A DNA stretch of 64,000 nucleotides, from contig NC_057754.1 in NCBI RefSeq assembly GCF_004010195.1, forward strand, positions 8,802,566 to 8,866,565. Direction: 5' to 3'. How positions within the stretch are numbered: the stretch's first letter is position 1; the number at the start of each line of letters is the position of its first letter. The notes beneath the pieces are model-generated. The model ran no database searches. It saw only the letters and a list, made by a program, of their open reading frames with translations, and was not told the origin of the DNA. Position numbers and translations under genes: made by a program. The stretch comes from Chiloscyllium plagiosum (lineage: Eukaryota). Positions 24,985 through 38,535 of this stretch are shown here, piece after piece.

Positions 24985-26070
24985 CAGATACAGCACAGAA
25001 GAATGACCTTCGACCCTCGATGTTTGCACCGATCTGTGGAACCAATCTGAAGCCCATCTAACCTACACTATTCCATTCTTGTCCATATGCCTATCCAATG
25101 ACCATTTAAATGCCCTTACAGTTGGTGAGTCTACGACTGTTGCAGGCATTACGTTCCACGCCCCTACCAGTCTCTGAGTAAAAAAACTACCTCTGACATT
25201 CGTCCTATATCTATCATCCCTCAATTTAAAGCTATGTCCCCTCATGCTAGCAATTGCCACCCAAGGGAAAAGGTTCTCACTGTCTAACCTATCTAACCCT
25301 CTGGTTATCTTATATGTCTCAATAAAGAGTTCAGAAAACATTTACAAGTATGTTGCCAGGGTTGGAGGATTTGAGCTATAGGGAGAGGCTGAACAGGCTG
25401 GGGCTGTTGTCCCTGGAGTGTCAGAGGCTGAGGCGTGACCTTATAGAGGTTTACAAAATTATGAGGGGCATGAATAGGGTAAATAGGCAAAGTCTTTTCC
25501 CTGGGGTGGTGGAGTCCAGAACTAGACGGCATAGGTTTAGGGTGAGAGGAGAAAAATATAAAAGGGACCTGAGGGGCAACTTTTTCACACAGAGAGTGGT
25601 ACGTGATTGGAATGAGCTGCCAGAGGAAGTGGTGGAGGCTGGTACAATTGCAACATTTTAAAGGCATTTGGATGGGTATATGAATAGGAAGGGTTTGGAG
25701 GGATATGGGCTGGGTGCTGGCAGGTGGGACTAGATTGGGTTGGGATATCGGGTTGGACTGAAAGGTCTGTTTCCATGCTGTACATCTCTATGACTCTAAG
25801 CCCCCTCTCAACCTTCTTCTCTAACGAAAACAGCCACAAGTCCCTCAGCCTTTCCTCGTAAGACCTTCCCTCCATATCAGGCAAAATCCTAGCAAATCTC
25901 TTCTGAACCCTTTCAAAGCTTCCACATCCTTCCTATAATGCGGTGACCAAAACTGTATGCAATAATTCCAAATGTGGCCGCACCAGAGTTTTGTATGGCT
26001 GCAGCATGATTTTGTGGTTCTGAAACTCAATACCTCTACCAATAAAAGCTAACACACCATATGCCTTCTT
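24985..26070. mobile_element. Minus-strand CR1 interrupted by a younger plus-strand CR1 3' end (~25326-25797)
   Basis: Two opposing CR1 RT C-terminal frames in the ORF track (25063-25341 -, 25350-25661 +, 25845-26042 -). Confidence 0.88.
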
Positions 26071-26399
26071 CACGTGGGTTTTAACACCTGTAGGAATTTA
26101 TTTCTTTCATTGAGTATTTATATAGTCTTTAGGTGGATGTGCAGAAGTTCCATGTAATCACAGGGGAATGTGCATGCTGTCCTAGACAGAGTTATATTGT
26201 TCACATGATCACACCTGTAATTAGACAAGAGTTGTATCATTGTACAGTAAAATGTTCTCACTGGCAGCCAAAGGGGATATAGTTGGATTACCAATGTAAA
26301 AATGCTCCTTTTAGGGCTTTAGTGTAGTGGAGAAAAGACAAAAAGTAAAGAAACAGATGGTTGAAATAATTGAGAAAACTGGAAACTGCACAAGGAACC

Positions 26400-27005
26400 T
26401 CGAAACAGAAAAATATTTAATTCATCAGTGTAACTGGAAAAGCGCTGAGACACACACCTAAATGAGAGTGTTTCACTGACATGAAGTTGCATCATCTCAA
26501 ATGCATGGTCCACAGTGGTGAGAAACCACATACATGTTTTATGTTTAGCTGAGACTTTAACTGATCATCCAGATAGGAGAGACAAAAGAATATCTGCATA
26601 AATGGTAAGCCATTTTGAACTGAAATCTGAAATTTCCTTACTGAGAAAGTAAAGAATCTATGGAATCTCTACCATGAAAGCTTGTGGATTCAAAGTTATT
26701 GAATATCTTCTAAAACAAAATCAATAAATTTCAAGAAGATACAAGTGTAAATGGGCTTGCAGAGAACAAGAATATAATGTTGAGGCAGAGGATCTGCCAT
26801 GTTCTTATTGAATGGTAAAGAGGATTCAGTAAGCCAAATCGTCTTTTCCTGCTTCTATTTTCTACATTGCTCTACTATGAAGATATTGTGAAAATATTTG
26901 GACTGTGATTGGAATTCATTTACCTAGCTAAGGCACTAACTCAATGGTGCAGTCACACTGGGGAGAGACCATTCACTTGGTCAGTGTAAAGGAAGTGATT
27001 CAACA
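26400..27005 (+). pseudogene. Highly decayed C2H2 zinc-finger remnant split by a CR1 fragment (~26610-26880)
   Basis: ATGGTCCACAGTGGTGAGAAACCACATACATGT = MVHSGEKPHTC; CAGTCACACTGGGAGAGACCATTCACT is a frameshifted SHTGERPFT; multiple stops. Confidence 0.6.
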
Positions 27006-28149
27006 TTATATAAAAACAGACAATGTTGGTAGCATCCCTCAGGAGTGGAACAGAGTTAATGTTTTGAGCCTGAGACTTCTTCAGAACAGATTCAGTTCTT
27101 AAGAAGTTATTTGAACTTGAAACTGCTAAGTTTCTCTGGCATTTGTTTTTATTTCAGATATGCAGCATCTGCAATATTTTGATTGTACTTTGCTTTCATA
27201 CTGTATTGACACCTGTTTAGAAATACAAGTTTAATTGAGAAATAAGGATAACTAATTAAGTAGGACATGGATAGATGTTAAAAACATTGCAAAATAAAAA
27301 TTCATGTAGGAGTTAATGATTAAAGGTATAATTGCAGCAAACAAGAAGGGTTTACTTTGAAGTTAGAATGGATATAGAAGGGGACACAAATATGACTCAT
27401 ATATGTTATTATTTAATAGATTCTTATTCAATACAGACAACAAAAAGGTATAAAGAATGGTTAATTATTGAGAAAAAGATCTAAAAACAGACATGGCAAC
27501 ATCACACCTAGACATACAAAGAAGATGTTAATTACAATAGGAATACCAAAACCATCCAACAGCTTAGAAATGGCAAAGCATGATCAGACATTTAGACTTT
27601 GCTGATAAGCCTTTTAATTCTAACAGAAAGAATGAGGGGAGATGAATAGAATATCCATATGAGTATAAAATATCACAAGTTGATGAGATAAAAGTTCACA
27701 ACTTCATCAAGGAATCATCACTGAATAATTATGGAATAGCATAAAGTGATACAGCATCACGTAAAAGTGGAAGGAAGCTCTACAGAGGGTAAACATTTAC
27801 ATGTATAAAGCCAGAAGGGTCCAAACAATACAAAAATAAAAGCCTTTCACTGAAATTTCAGAAGTATTCAGATAATACTTCTCAAAATATATTTTCGTCC
27901 ACCAGAAGATATCTTTTTTATTTAGGGCTTTCAGGTAAAAGTTTACTTTAAATGTTGATGGTTATTCCATTCTTAGCTGTTATAGATACTTCTAGATGTT
28001 CTTGGATATTCTTTATGATAAATAACATCTAACTGGATTTTATTAGATTTGATGATACATCTTTTGATAATTTTTTTTGGCATAGTAGCATACTTATCCA
28101 AACCGTTGTCTAATTCCTCCTTAAACAAGTCAGACAACTCCAACCAGAA

Positions 28150-28685
28150 TGTTATGAATACGCAGTCACTCGCTCTGGCTCTGTGAAGCTGCTTTCTTTA
28201 TCTCTCTCTCTGGATGGTCAGCTGTGCTGCCTGTTGCCTTGCTAGTCTCCTCAGGAGAAGGTCCAGGAGAGCATTTGCAGGTGGACTCTGTTTTTATACC
28301 CTTTTAGATGGTTTTCTGGAATTTTCTGTAGTTCTGGCTAATCAGGGCTACTCGGTTAATAGTTTGACAATGTCAATCATTTGGGTGCTATGCTACTGCT
28401 TGTTTCTTTGTGCAGCGAGACCTGATGCCTTCCTGTCTGTGCCCTCACTTGTTTAGTGGATAATTTATTGGGGGTATATATGTCCAGGATAACTGTTGCC
28501 TTTTACATTATGCTAATTAGCATTAGGATCTATCTGCTGTGTTTGCACCATATCTGGAGTGTGCGTTTTGAGATTTCAGCATTTTATTTGGCCAATATAC
28601 CCAGCGTCACTTGCTGTTTGGCCAAGTTAGCAATCTATCTGTGTTTTAGCAGCCAGGTAGCTGCTACAAAACATATTGCGTAATA
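28150..28685 (-). mobile_element. Possible solo LTR
   Basis: TGTTATGA at one end, degenerate inverted terminus at the other; minus-strand TATAAAAA ~28295; no TSD found. Confidence 0.4.
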
Positions 28686-29206
28686 TAATTGTTAAAATTA
28701 GTAAACTGTCTCATTTATGTTTCAGTTACGAGTGAAATGAACCAAGCTACTTAAGTTGGCACCTGTGAGTTCTGGAGAGAGAAATCCCAGACCCTTCAAA
28801 TATCTATGATATTTATAGCATAGCTAAAGCTCATCAAAATTAATTTGGAGGCAAGTCCATTTTTCTGGCAGCTTCTCCCATGTGGGATGTGAAGCTTGAG
28901 TTCAGCAGACATAAGTCTTCAGGGAAATACTCCTGGTCTGAATTAGCTCTCAGTAAGAGTCAAAAACTAAAGTCACTTCAGTAGAGCTTGCTAGATCACC
29001 AAATCACAAGTGATTACAATGGTAAGAGTCTAACATTCTTGCTGCTATTCATCACTTCCAAATTAATTTCTCCCTTTATATCACACATTTACCACAGTAA
29101 ACTATCCCAATGGGACATATCATCTAAACTCCACAGCCACATGTTAGGACCAATGGAAAAAAGTACAATTAAAAATTTTAGGGACATCTTATGAAGAGAT
29201 AGAAAA

Positions 29207-29530
29207 TCATAGAATCACTACAGTGTGGAAAGAGGCCATTTGCCCGACAAGTCCACACCAACCCTCTGAAGAGTAACCCACCCAGACCCATTCCACTACC
29301 CTATGACTCTACATTTCCCCCTGACTAATGTATCTAACTTGCACATCCCTGAACACTAGGGGCAATTTTGCATGGCCAATTCACCTAACCTGCACATCGT
29401 TGTATTTGTGGGAGGAAACCGGAGCACCTGGAGGAAACCCACACAGACACAGGGAGAATGTGCAAACTCCACACAGACAGTCCCCCAAGGCTGGAATCGA
29501 ACCCGGGTCCCTGATGTTGAGAGATGGAGT
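29207..29530 (-). mobile_element. HE1-type SINE
   Basis: Core GGGAGGAAACCGGAGCACCTGGAGGAAACCCAC and CR1-like tail. Confidence 0.85.
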
Positions 29531-30104
29531 GCTTTGGGCAGGGAACTACACAGTAGAGACTTCAACAGCTCAAAGTATATCCACAAATGGTCCAGCAATC
29601 AAAATTTGAATTGTGCAAAAAGGTCAGGGTTAGAAAAGAAACTTAGGAAGTGGAGGAGGCTGGTACAATTGCAACATTTAAAGGGCATCTGGATGGGTGT
29701 ATGAATAGGGAGGGTTTGGAAGGATATGGGCCGGGTGCTGGCAGGTGGGACTAGATTGGGTTGGGATATCTGCTCAGCATGGACAAGTTGGACTGAAGGA
29801 TCTATTTCCATGCTGTACATCTTACATTCCCTGCTCAATCTTAATAACAAAGAAACTCCATAAGCTCCATAAAGCTCTTGGTTGGAGGCAAGAATGGAGG
29901 AAAAAGTCAAGAAAACAAACCCATTAAGAACTAACTTTTGATAGATATTAAAAAGATTCAGTACACAGCATTTAACACAAAATTACTTTATTTGACTTCT
30001 ATGCAGAATACTAACACCTATAATTGGACTGGAGTTTGTGAACATCAGCAAAAACATATCCCAACAAACAGTTCAATCAGGATACAACTATCAGCAAAAT
30101 CCCA

Positions 30105-30995
30105 TCACTGCATCTTCTTGTGGACTCGCTGGTGTTTTAGCAGGTGGGATGACGTAGTAAATCTTTTCCCACATTCAGAGCAATTGAACGGCTTCTCTCC
30201 AGTGTGAGTTCGCTGATGAATCAGCAAGTCAGATGATTGGGTGAATCCCTTTCCACACTCAGAGCAGGTAAATGGTCTCTCCCTAGTGTGAACTCGCTGG
30301 TGTGTGAATAGCTGGGTTGACTGACTGAATCCTTTTCCACACTCAGAGCAGATGAACGGCCTCTCTCCAGTGTGAACTCGCTGGTGTATATTGAGTTCAG
30401 ATGACAGCCAGAACCCAGTCCCACATTGAGAGCACCTGAAGGGTCTCTCATCAGTGTGAACACGTTGATGGGACATCAGTTCCCCGGAGCTTTTATAACA
30501 CTTCTCACAATCTGGACATTTATAAGGTCTCTCCCCAGTGTGAACTCTCTCATGTCTTAATACGTGGGATAACTGAGTGAACCCCTTCCCACACATGGAG
30601 CAGATGAATGGCCTCACCCCTGTATGAATTCGCTGATGCACAGTGAGTTGGAATGATCCCCTGAACCCAGTCCCACATTGAGAGCACCTGAAAGGTCTCT
30701 CATTGGTATGAACACGATAATGTGACTTCAGGTCCCCAGAGCTTTTGTAGCATTTATCACAATCTGGGCACTTAAAAGGTCTTTCCCCACTGTGCACTCG
30801 CTGGTGTGCCATCAGCTGAGATAATCGAGCAAATCCCTTCCCACATATAGAGCAGGTTAATGGCCTCTCCCCTGTGTGAGTATATTGATGAGCGTCCAGC
30901 TCAGGTTGGTAACTGAATCCCTCCTCTCTGACACCACACTTCAACAGTTGCTCCTCGGTGTGACTGTACTGGCGAACAGTGTTATTTTCTTCCAT
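30105..30995 (-). CDS. Tandem C2H2 zinc-finger protein, 9 intact + 1 degenerate finger, 296 aa from ATG 30995
   Basis: Intact ORF with TGERPF linkers; acceptor TTTCACAG| (AG at 31104-31105) with the frame open back to the acceptor; AATAAA 29987-29992. Confidence 0.92.
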   Translation of the reverse strand: MEENNTVRQYSHTEEQLLKCGVREEGFSYQPELDAHQYTHTGERPLTCSICGKGFARLSQLMAHQRVHSGERPFKCPDCDKCYKSSGDLKSHYRVHTNERPFRCSQCGTGFRGSFQLTVHQRIHTGVRPFICSMCGKGFTQLSHVLRHERVHTGERPYKCPDCEKCYKSSGELMSHQRVHTDERPFRCSQCGTGFWLSSELNIHQRVHTGERPFICSECGKGFSQSTQLFTHQRVHTRERPFTCSECGKGFTQSSDLLIHQRTHTGEKPFNCSECGKRFTTSSHLLKHQRVHKKMQ

Positions 30996-31399
30996 GTTCA
31001 AAATTCTATGGCATTGAAGGTTACGTTCAATTGAATGACTCAAATATCTTGATGGGATGTTTGATTCAAGACTCCCAACTGCAAATTCTCCCTGTTCAAA
31101 ATCCTGTGAAATTGACATAACAGAAAGAGAGAGTGAGAGAGAACCCACCAAAACACAACGGCATGTTGTGAAATGGAGCTGAATGAATCTGGTAGGTTGA
31201 GGCTGGCACAAGGAAAACAAAATCACTGTGAAAGCTGCTTTTCAGAAGGAAAAAAATCACAACTCTCATTCAGTTGAGTGAGAGCACCTGAAAGCGAATG
31301 TGAACACCACCACCACTAAATTACACAACATCCTGACATGTCTGACTGGATTAGCAGACATTTTCTACCTGTAAATATTGGGAAGATCAAAGTCTCAGT

Positions 31400-31985
31400 C
31401 TCAGTAACAAACAGTTGGGAGGTCATGTTGCGGCTGTACAAGACATTGGTTAGGCCACTGTTGGAATATTGCATGCAATTCTGGTCTCCTTCCTATCGGA
31501 AAGATGTTGTGAAACTTGAAAGGGTTCGGAAAAGATTTACAAGGATGTGGCCAGGGTTGGAGGATCTGAGCTATAGGGAGAGGCTGAACAGGCTGGGGCT
31601 GTTTTCCCTGGAGCGTCGGAGGCTGAGGGGTGACCTTATAGAGGTTTACAAAATTATGAGGGGCATGGATAGGATAAATAGGCAAAGTCTTTTCCCTGGG
31701 GTCGGGGAGTCCAGAACTAGAGGGCATAGGTTTAGGGTGAGAGGGGGAAGATATAAAAGAGACCCAAGGGGCAACTTTTTCTTGCAGAGGGTGGTACGTG
31801 TATGGAATGAGCTGCCAGAGGATATGGTGGAGGCATTTGGATGGGTATATGAATAGGAAGGGTTTGAAGGGATATGGGCCGGGTGCTGGCAGGTGGGAAT
31901 AGATTGGGTTGGGATATCTGGTCGGCATGGACGGGTTGGACCAAAGTGTCTGTTTCCATGCTGTACATCTTTATGACTCTATGTC
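31400..31985 (+). mobile_element. Young CR1 3' fragment
   Basis: WEVMLRLYKTLVRPLLEYCMQFWSP...RTRGHRFRVRG; tail ATGACTCTATG. Confidence 0.92.
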
Positions 31986-32226
31986 CATTTCTGAGCCAGC
32001 AACTCCATTCCTCTCAGAGGCTGAACTAGACTGTTCAAGTTGTTGCTCCCAATGACCTTGTCTGTACAAAATATTGGTGCTGGGAGAACTGTAGCTCAGA
32101 GTCGATTAGCTGGAATCTGACCTTCAAACATTTCGACACATCAGGGTTACCTGGATGCCGTGTTTCAGGAGACAGTCACACCCTCAGACTAACTAACGCA
32201 AATTTTGCCAGTGGTCCGGGACAGGA

Positions 32227-32536
32227 GCGGCACGGTGGCACAGTGGTTAGCACTGCTGCCTCGCAGCGCCAGAGACCCGGGTTCAATTCCCGACTCAGGC
32301 GACTGACTGTGTGGAGTTTGCACGTTCTCCCCGTGTCTGCGTGGGTTTCCTCCGGGGGCTCCGGTTTCCTCCCACAGTCCAAAGATGTGCAAGTCAGGTG
32401 AATTGGCTATGCTAAATTGCCCGTAGTGTTAGGTAAAGGGGTAAATGTAGGGGTATGGGTGGGTTACGCTTCGGCGGGTCGGTGTGGACTTGTTGGGCCG
32501 AAGGGCCTGTTTCCACACTGTAAGTAATCTAATCTA
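32227..32536 (+). mobile_element. HE1-type V-SINE, full length
   Basis: Near-identical to the 19766 copy. Confidence 0.92.
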
Positions 32537-33169
32537 TATAGGAGCGTGTGGCGCTGAGTGAGGCACATGGAGGGATCCAAGAAGTAGAGTTGCAGGAGCC
32601 TCAGACCCTATCCTTGTCCAACAGATTCAAGAGTTTTGCTCCCTGTGTGGATGGGAATGGGGACTGCAGGACCTGGGTGCAGGGAGCCATTCAAGTGGTG
32701 GTGGTGGTGGGGGGGGGGGGGGAGAAGATAAATGTTGTTGTAATTGGTGACACTACAGTTAGAGGCACAGACACTGTTCTCTCGGACCAGGATAGAGAGT
32801 CCCAATGGTTGTGCTGCCTACCTGGTGTTTGGGTTCAGAATATCTCATCTGGGCTGCACAGGAACTTGGAGTGGCTTGGTGTCAAACACTGCTTTGTAAA
32901 ATCCATGTGAAATGCCTTAGAAAATATTATTCCATTAAAAGTCTGATAAAAATACAAATTAGTTTGTTGACCTGCTGATCCTTCATCTTAATGAAAGTCC
33001 TGTAATTCCTTACCCTACAGCACTATGGCAGCACCCTCACCACATGGATTGCAGCGACTTCAGATGATCAAACATCATCTTCTCCACGAGTAACTGTGGA
33101 TGGGCAGTATTTTCTGGTAACTGTGGAGAGATAAACAAGATTAACACTCCAAGTGCAGAATGAATTGCA

Positions 33170-35585
33170 GGAAATAAAAAAAAGGTGCAGAATTTTGCAA
33201 CCAAATGGAGTATAGCACAGTCAAAACAATGCCTGACTATGAAACATACAAGTCTGAGTTGATGCATTTTGTGAGGTCAAATGCCAGAGGAAAGTACAGG
33301 TATACAGTAAATTTGATTTGAGGATCTTGGGATGCAAGTCCATAGTCCCCTGAAAGTTACAACACAAAAGTGGATAAAGTAGTAAAGGAGGTGTGTGGCA
33401 GGGGAACATTGAGGATAAAAGTCGGCAAGTCATGTTGCAGCTATACAAAACTTTAGTTAGGCCTCGTTTGGAGTAGTGTGTAGAGTTCTGGTTGCCACAC
33501 TATGGGAAGGAAGTAGGGGCTGTCGAAACTGCAAAAGAGGTTTACCTGGATGTTGTCTGGATTAGAACGTCTTTGCGACAAAGGAGAGGTTGAATAAACT
33601 TGGAGTTAACGTTTCTAGTCCGGTGATGCTTTCTCAGAACAGTTCTGAGGAAGAGTCACTGGATGCAAAATGTTAACTCTGATTTCTCTTCACAGATGCT
33701 GCCAGACCTGCTGAGCTTTACCAGCAACCTGGTTCTTGTTTGTGTTGGACAAACTTGGATTGTTTTTGCCAGAGTGTCAGAGTCTGAAAGTCAATTTAAT
33801 ATAAATATATAAAATTATGTGAGGCATGAATAGGGTATTTAATCAGTCTTTTTCCCAGGATAGATATGTCAAATATTAGGAGGCATAGGTTTAAGGTGAG
33901 AGAGGGAAAGTTTAAAGATAGAGTCAGAGATGTACAGCACGGAATTAGACCCTTCGGTCCAACTCGTCCATGGCGACCAGATATCCCAACCTAATCTAGT
34001 CCCACTTGCCAGCACTTGGCCTATAACCCTCCAAACCCTTCCTCTATTCATACACCCATCCAGATACCTTTTTGTACGAGCCTCCACCACATCTTCTGGC
34101 AGCTTATTCCATACACGTACCACCCTGAGTGAAAACGCTGCATCTTATGTCCCTTTTATATCTTTCCCCTCTCACCTTATACCTATGCCCTCCAGTTCTG
34201 GACTCAGCCCACCCCAGGGAAAAGACTTTGTCTATTTAACCTATCCAAGACCCTCATGATTTTGTAAACCTCTATAAGATCACCCCTCAGCCTCCGACAC
34301 TCCAGGGAAAATAGCCTCAGCCAATTCAGCCTCTCCCTATAGCTCAAATCCTTGAACAATACAACATCTTTGTAAATCTTTTTGGAATCCTTTGAAGTTC
34401 ACAACATTCTTCCGATAGTAAGGACCAGAATTGTACACAATATTCCAAAAGTGGCCTAACCAATGTCCTTATTAGCCGCAACATGACCTCCCAACTCCTG
34501 TACTCAATACTCTGACCAATAAGGGAAAGCATACCAAATACCTTCTTCACTATTCTCTCCATCTGAGACTCTACTTTCAAGGAATTATGAACCTGCACTC
34601 TAAGGTCTTTGTTCAGCAGCACTCCCTAGGACCTTACCACTAAGTGTATAAGTTCTGTTAATTTTTGCTTTCCCAAAATGCAGCACCTCGCATTTATCTA
34701 AATTAAACTTCATCTGCCACTTCTCTGCCCACTGGCCCATCTGATCAAGATCCCGTTGTAATCTGAGGTAACCTTCTTCGCTGTCCACTACACCTCCAAT
34801 TTTGATGTCACCTGCAAACTTACTAAACATACCTATGTTCATATCCAAATCATTTATATAAATGACGAAAAGTAGTGGACCCAGCACCAATCCTATGACA
34901 CTCCACTGGTCACAGGCTCCAGTCTGAAAAACAACCCTCCACCGCCACCCTGTGTCTACCTTTGAGCCAGTTCTGTATCCAAATGGCTAGTTCTCCCTGT
35001 ATTCCAGGAGATCTCACCTTGCCAACCAGTCTCCCATGGGGAACCTTGTCGAATGCCTTACTGAAGTCCATTTGGATCACGTCCACCGCTCTGCTCTCAC
35101 CAATCCTTTGTTACTTCTTCAAAAAATTCAATCAAGTTTGTGAGACACGATTTCCCACGCCCAAAGCCATGTTGACTATCCCTAATTAGTCCTTGACTTT
35201 CAAAATACACATAAATCCTGTCTCTCAGGATTCCCTCCAATAACTTGCCCACCACCGATGTCAGGCTCACTGGTCTGGAATTCCCTGGCTTGTCCTTACC
35301 ACCTTTCTTAAACAGTGGCACCACGTTCGCCAACCTCCTTCACAAGATGTGTGACGCACAGTTTTTTTCGTCCCCACACAAAAGGGTGCTAGGTGCCTGG
35401 AACATGCTTAACAGCGGTGATAGTAGATATGATAGGAACATTTAAGAGGCATTTAGACATGTGAACTGGCAGGAAATAGAATGATACAGACCATGTGCAG
35501 GTAGACGAGATTAGTTTAGAGTGGCATCAGGCTGGTGCAGACATTGTGGCCAAAAGGGCCTGTTCCTTTACTGTACTGTTCTACG
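33170..35585. mobile_element. Old plus-strand CR1 containing a palindromic Penelope pLTR (~33604-33745) and a younger minus-strand CR1 (~33920-35337)
   Basis: RT motifs VLGPLLFVIYINDLD, FAGDIKIGG, SQHGFGRGKSCLTNL on minus; AGTTCTGAGGAAG centre at ~33640. Confidence 0.85.
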
Positions 35586-35589
35586 CTCG

Positions 35590-36878
35590 TACAATGGGAA
35601 AACAAATCTGGTACACCAGCAACATGTTGTCAGGGGATGCATAGCAGGAGAAACCTCATTTATACAAGATCAGCAGAATTAATGGCGAAATACTAAACAG
35701 AATTAAAATATATCCATTATTAGACATAGATCAGGCTAGACAATTGCAGAGGTGTCCAGGAATGGAAAACTTGAAACAGAGCAACAGATGGACATAAATT
35801 CAGAAGTACAGCAAAGAGGTTACACAAGCCCTGGAGATATGGAACATCTCAGATAACAGAGCCTATTGACAAAAGCTCTAAACTGAAGATGAATGGACAA
35901 AGGATTTGCATCTGAAAGAATTTGAATATTTAAATCTCCCGCTGAAGTCTACTGCAGGAAAGGATTCAGAAGCCCTGGAGTCAGAACTCAGTTGAAGAAA
36001 CAGCTCAAAGAATGCAGTGATATCACTGTGCAGCTGTTGGTGCATGAAGTAGTCACTTGAAGAATCACGCAATGCCATCACATAACACATCAACACAGAC
36101 CATCTGGGTCTGCACAAGCCCGTGATCAGCAAACAACATGAAGGGTGGGAAGTGTCCTTGACAGGATGTAGTAGAGATATATCAGCAGGGCTTGAACAAT
36201 TTTAGTTGCAGGATTAGGTTGAGGAATCTGAGACTGGGAGAAAGTGAGGACTGCAGATGCTGGAGATCAGAGCTGAAAAATATGTGTCGCTGGAAAAGCG
36301 CAGGTCAGGCAGCATCAAAGGAGCAGGAGAATCGACGTTTCGGGCATAAGCCCTTCCTGAAGAAGGGCTTATGCCCGAAATGTCGATTCTCCTGCTCCTT
36401 TGATGCTGCCTGACCTGCTGCGCTTTTCCAGCAACACATTTTTCGAATCTGAGACTGTCCTTCTTCAAGGAAAGAAGGTGCAGGGGAGATTTGATAGAGG
36501 TGTGAGATGTTAAAGGGTTAATTTACTCTGCTGACATGTAAGAAATTGGATGTCCTGGGGAAGGGGTGATTTTCTGATAATGGTACTCTGTTTTAAGGAA
36601 TAACCTAACCACACATTGTTTCTGGAAATAATCTAATTATGGTACTTTGTCTTTGGGTGGCATGTAACTGTGGGGGAGCGGCAGCAGGGTGGTGTCTTGT
36701 GTGCATCACTGACTGTGATGTAAAACCCTGTATAATGGGAGGACGGTTCCCTTGTTCAGAGAGCCTCGCTTGACACTCCACAAACATCGCGAAGAGTGTT
36801 AAGTGATCCTCCAAAAGCTGGTACTTGCCGAAATAAATCGTGGCTGTTCACAGAAGTTGATGTATTGCAGTTACTACA
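35590..36878 (+). mobile_element. Probable Gypsy-like LTR element 3' end (integrase tail, purine-rich tract, 3' LTR 36167-36878) with nested insertions
   Basis: Inverted termini TGTAGTA (36167) / TACTACA (36878); TATA-like and AATAAA (~36832) inside; decayed W-x-P-A-x-V-like frame upstream. Confidence 0.45.
36224..36457. mobile_element. Palindromic Penelope-derived pLTR insertion, 13-bp TSD
   Basis: TSD GAATCTGAGACTG at 36224-36236 and 36445-36457; inverted arms; hammerhead-like core 36357-36384. Confidence 0.88.
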
Positions 36879-37019
36879 AGCGTGTAAGAATCTCAAGAAG
36901 GGAAACTAACAGGTGTGCAAATGTTTGAATTTTTGGATGACATGGATACAGAAAACGCTGTAGCTAATCATAAAAGGATTACGGAGACGTTTCAAGGACT
37001 CTGGCAACACCTTTGTTCT

Positions 37020-38535
37020 GTAGAGGCAGTGATTGCCCTTCACAGCAAGGCATCATTTGATCAAGCATGAAATCAAGGAGCCCTCAAAAAACAAGATTCA
37101 GTGAGAATCGAGTGAAACTCTGTGCTGCTAGTAGCTAGCAAATGAGAAGACAATCACTGTTGGAGGTCAGTAGTTTCAACTGCAGACATTTTCAAATTAA
37201 CCTGTTCTGAGGTGTTATTACTCACCCCTAGCACAGCTGCGACTTTAACCCAGGCCTCCTACTTCAGACATATGGATACTACCACTGAACTACAAGGGCT
37301 GTAGGTCTTCATTAGTGTAGTCATTATGACACACCTCCGGAGTAGGTCAGACTTGAATCTAGGCCCAGTGGCCTGGAATTAAAGACACTATCACTGTGCT
37401 ACAAGTCCTTAGGCCAGGAAAGGTCACTTTTCAATCTAATTATCTTCAGCTACTTCATTAATGACTTTCCCTCCATCAAAAGATCAGATGTCAAGATGCT
37501 TGCAGAATAAACAACTCCTAAGATACCGAAGCTTTCCATGTCCAAATGCAGCAGGCCAGGACAATATTCTGGCTTGGGCTTACAAATGGCAAGTAACGCT
37601 GTGCTACTCAAACTGTCAGACAATGATCATATCAATCAAGACAGAATATGACCATTCCCCATGACAATCAATCAATCAATGGCTTTTCCATCACTAAATT
37701 CCCAAACTATTAACATCCTGGGGTTACCACTGACCAGACATTGAACTGGACTAGCCACATAAACACTGGCGACAAGAGGAGGACAGCAGCAAGGATTCCT
37801 GCAGCAAGTAACTCACTTCTTGACTCCCCAAATCCTTATCTACAAGGCAGAAGTTAGGAGTGTGATGGCATCCTCCCATTTGCCCTGAATGGTTGTCTCT
37901 CCAACAATACTCCCAAAGCTTGACACCACCCAGGACAAAGCAGCTCGCTTGATTAAGATTACATCCACAAACATTCAGTCCCTCCACCAACAACTTAATG
38001 ACAATAATGTGTACCATCAATGTGTATCTCTACCTGCAAGTTCCCCTCTAAGGCTGACGACTGAGGTGAAGAGAAATATTTTCACTCAGAGTGGTGAGCT
38101 TGCAGAATTCTGTGCCACAGAAAGCAGTTGAGGTCAAAACATAGAACACTTTCAAAAAGGAGTTAGCTGTAGCTTTTAGAGCTAAAGGGATTAAAGGGTA
38201 TGGGGATAAAGCACAAACCAGGTACTGTGTTGGATGATCAATAACAGTTATTTTGATTGAGAGAGCAGGATTGAATGGCTGAATGGCCTGTTCCTGCTCC
38301 AATGTTTTACATTTCTAAGCCACTCACCATTCTGACTTGGAACTATGTTGCATTTCCTTCACCAACGCTGGGACCAAATCCTGGAACTCCTGTGCAGCAT
38401 TGTTGGTGCACCCCATAACTACTGGACAGCAGTGGTTCTGCAAGACAACTCACTACCACTATCTCAAGGAAAACCAGGGATGGGCAGTAAAAGGATTGGC
38501 AGCTAACCCCACATCCCCTGAAAGAGTAAAATAAA
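37020..38535 (+). mobile_element. L2/CR1-group LINE 3' remnants with nested SINE and CR1 pieces
   Basis: PTILPKLDTTQDKAARLI; tail GGGATGGGCAGTAAA. Confidence 0.65.

Noticed and set aside
31104-31226. N-terminal part of the 373-aa ORF
   Set aside because: Non-ATG start running through the intronic polypyrimidine tract upstream of the acceptor
36224-36457. Palindromes as DNA-transposon MITEs
   Set aside because: Arms are asymmetric, TSD lengths vary (13-19 bp) and the sequence is contiguous with Penelope coding remnants elsewhere
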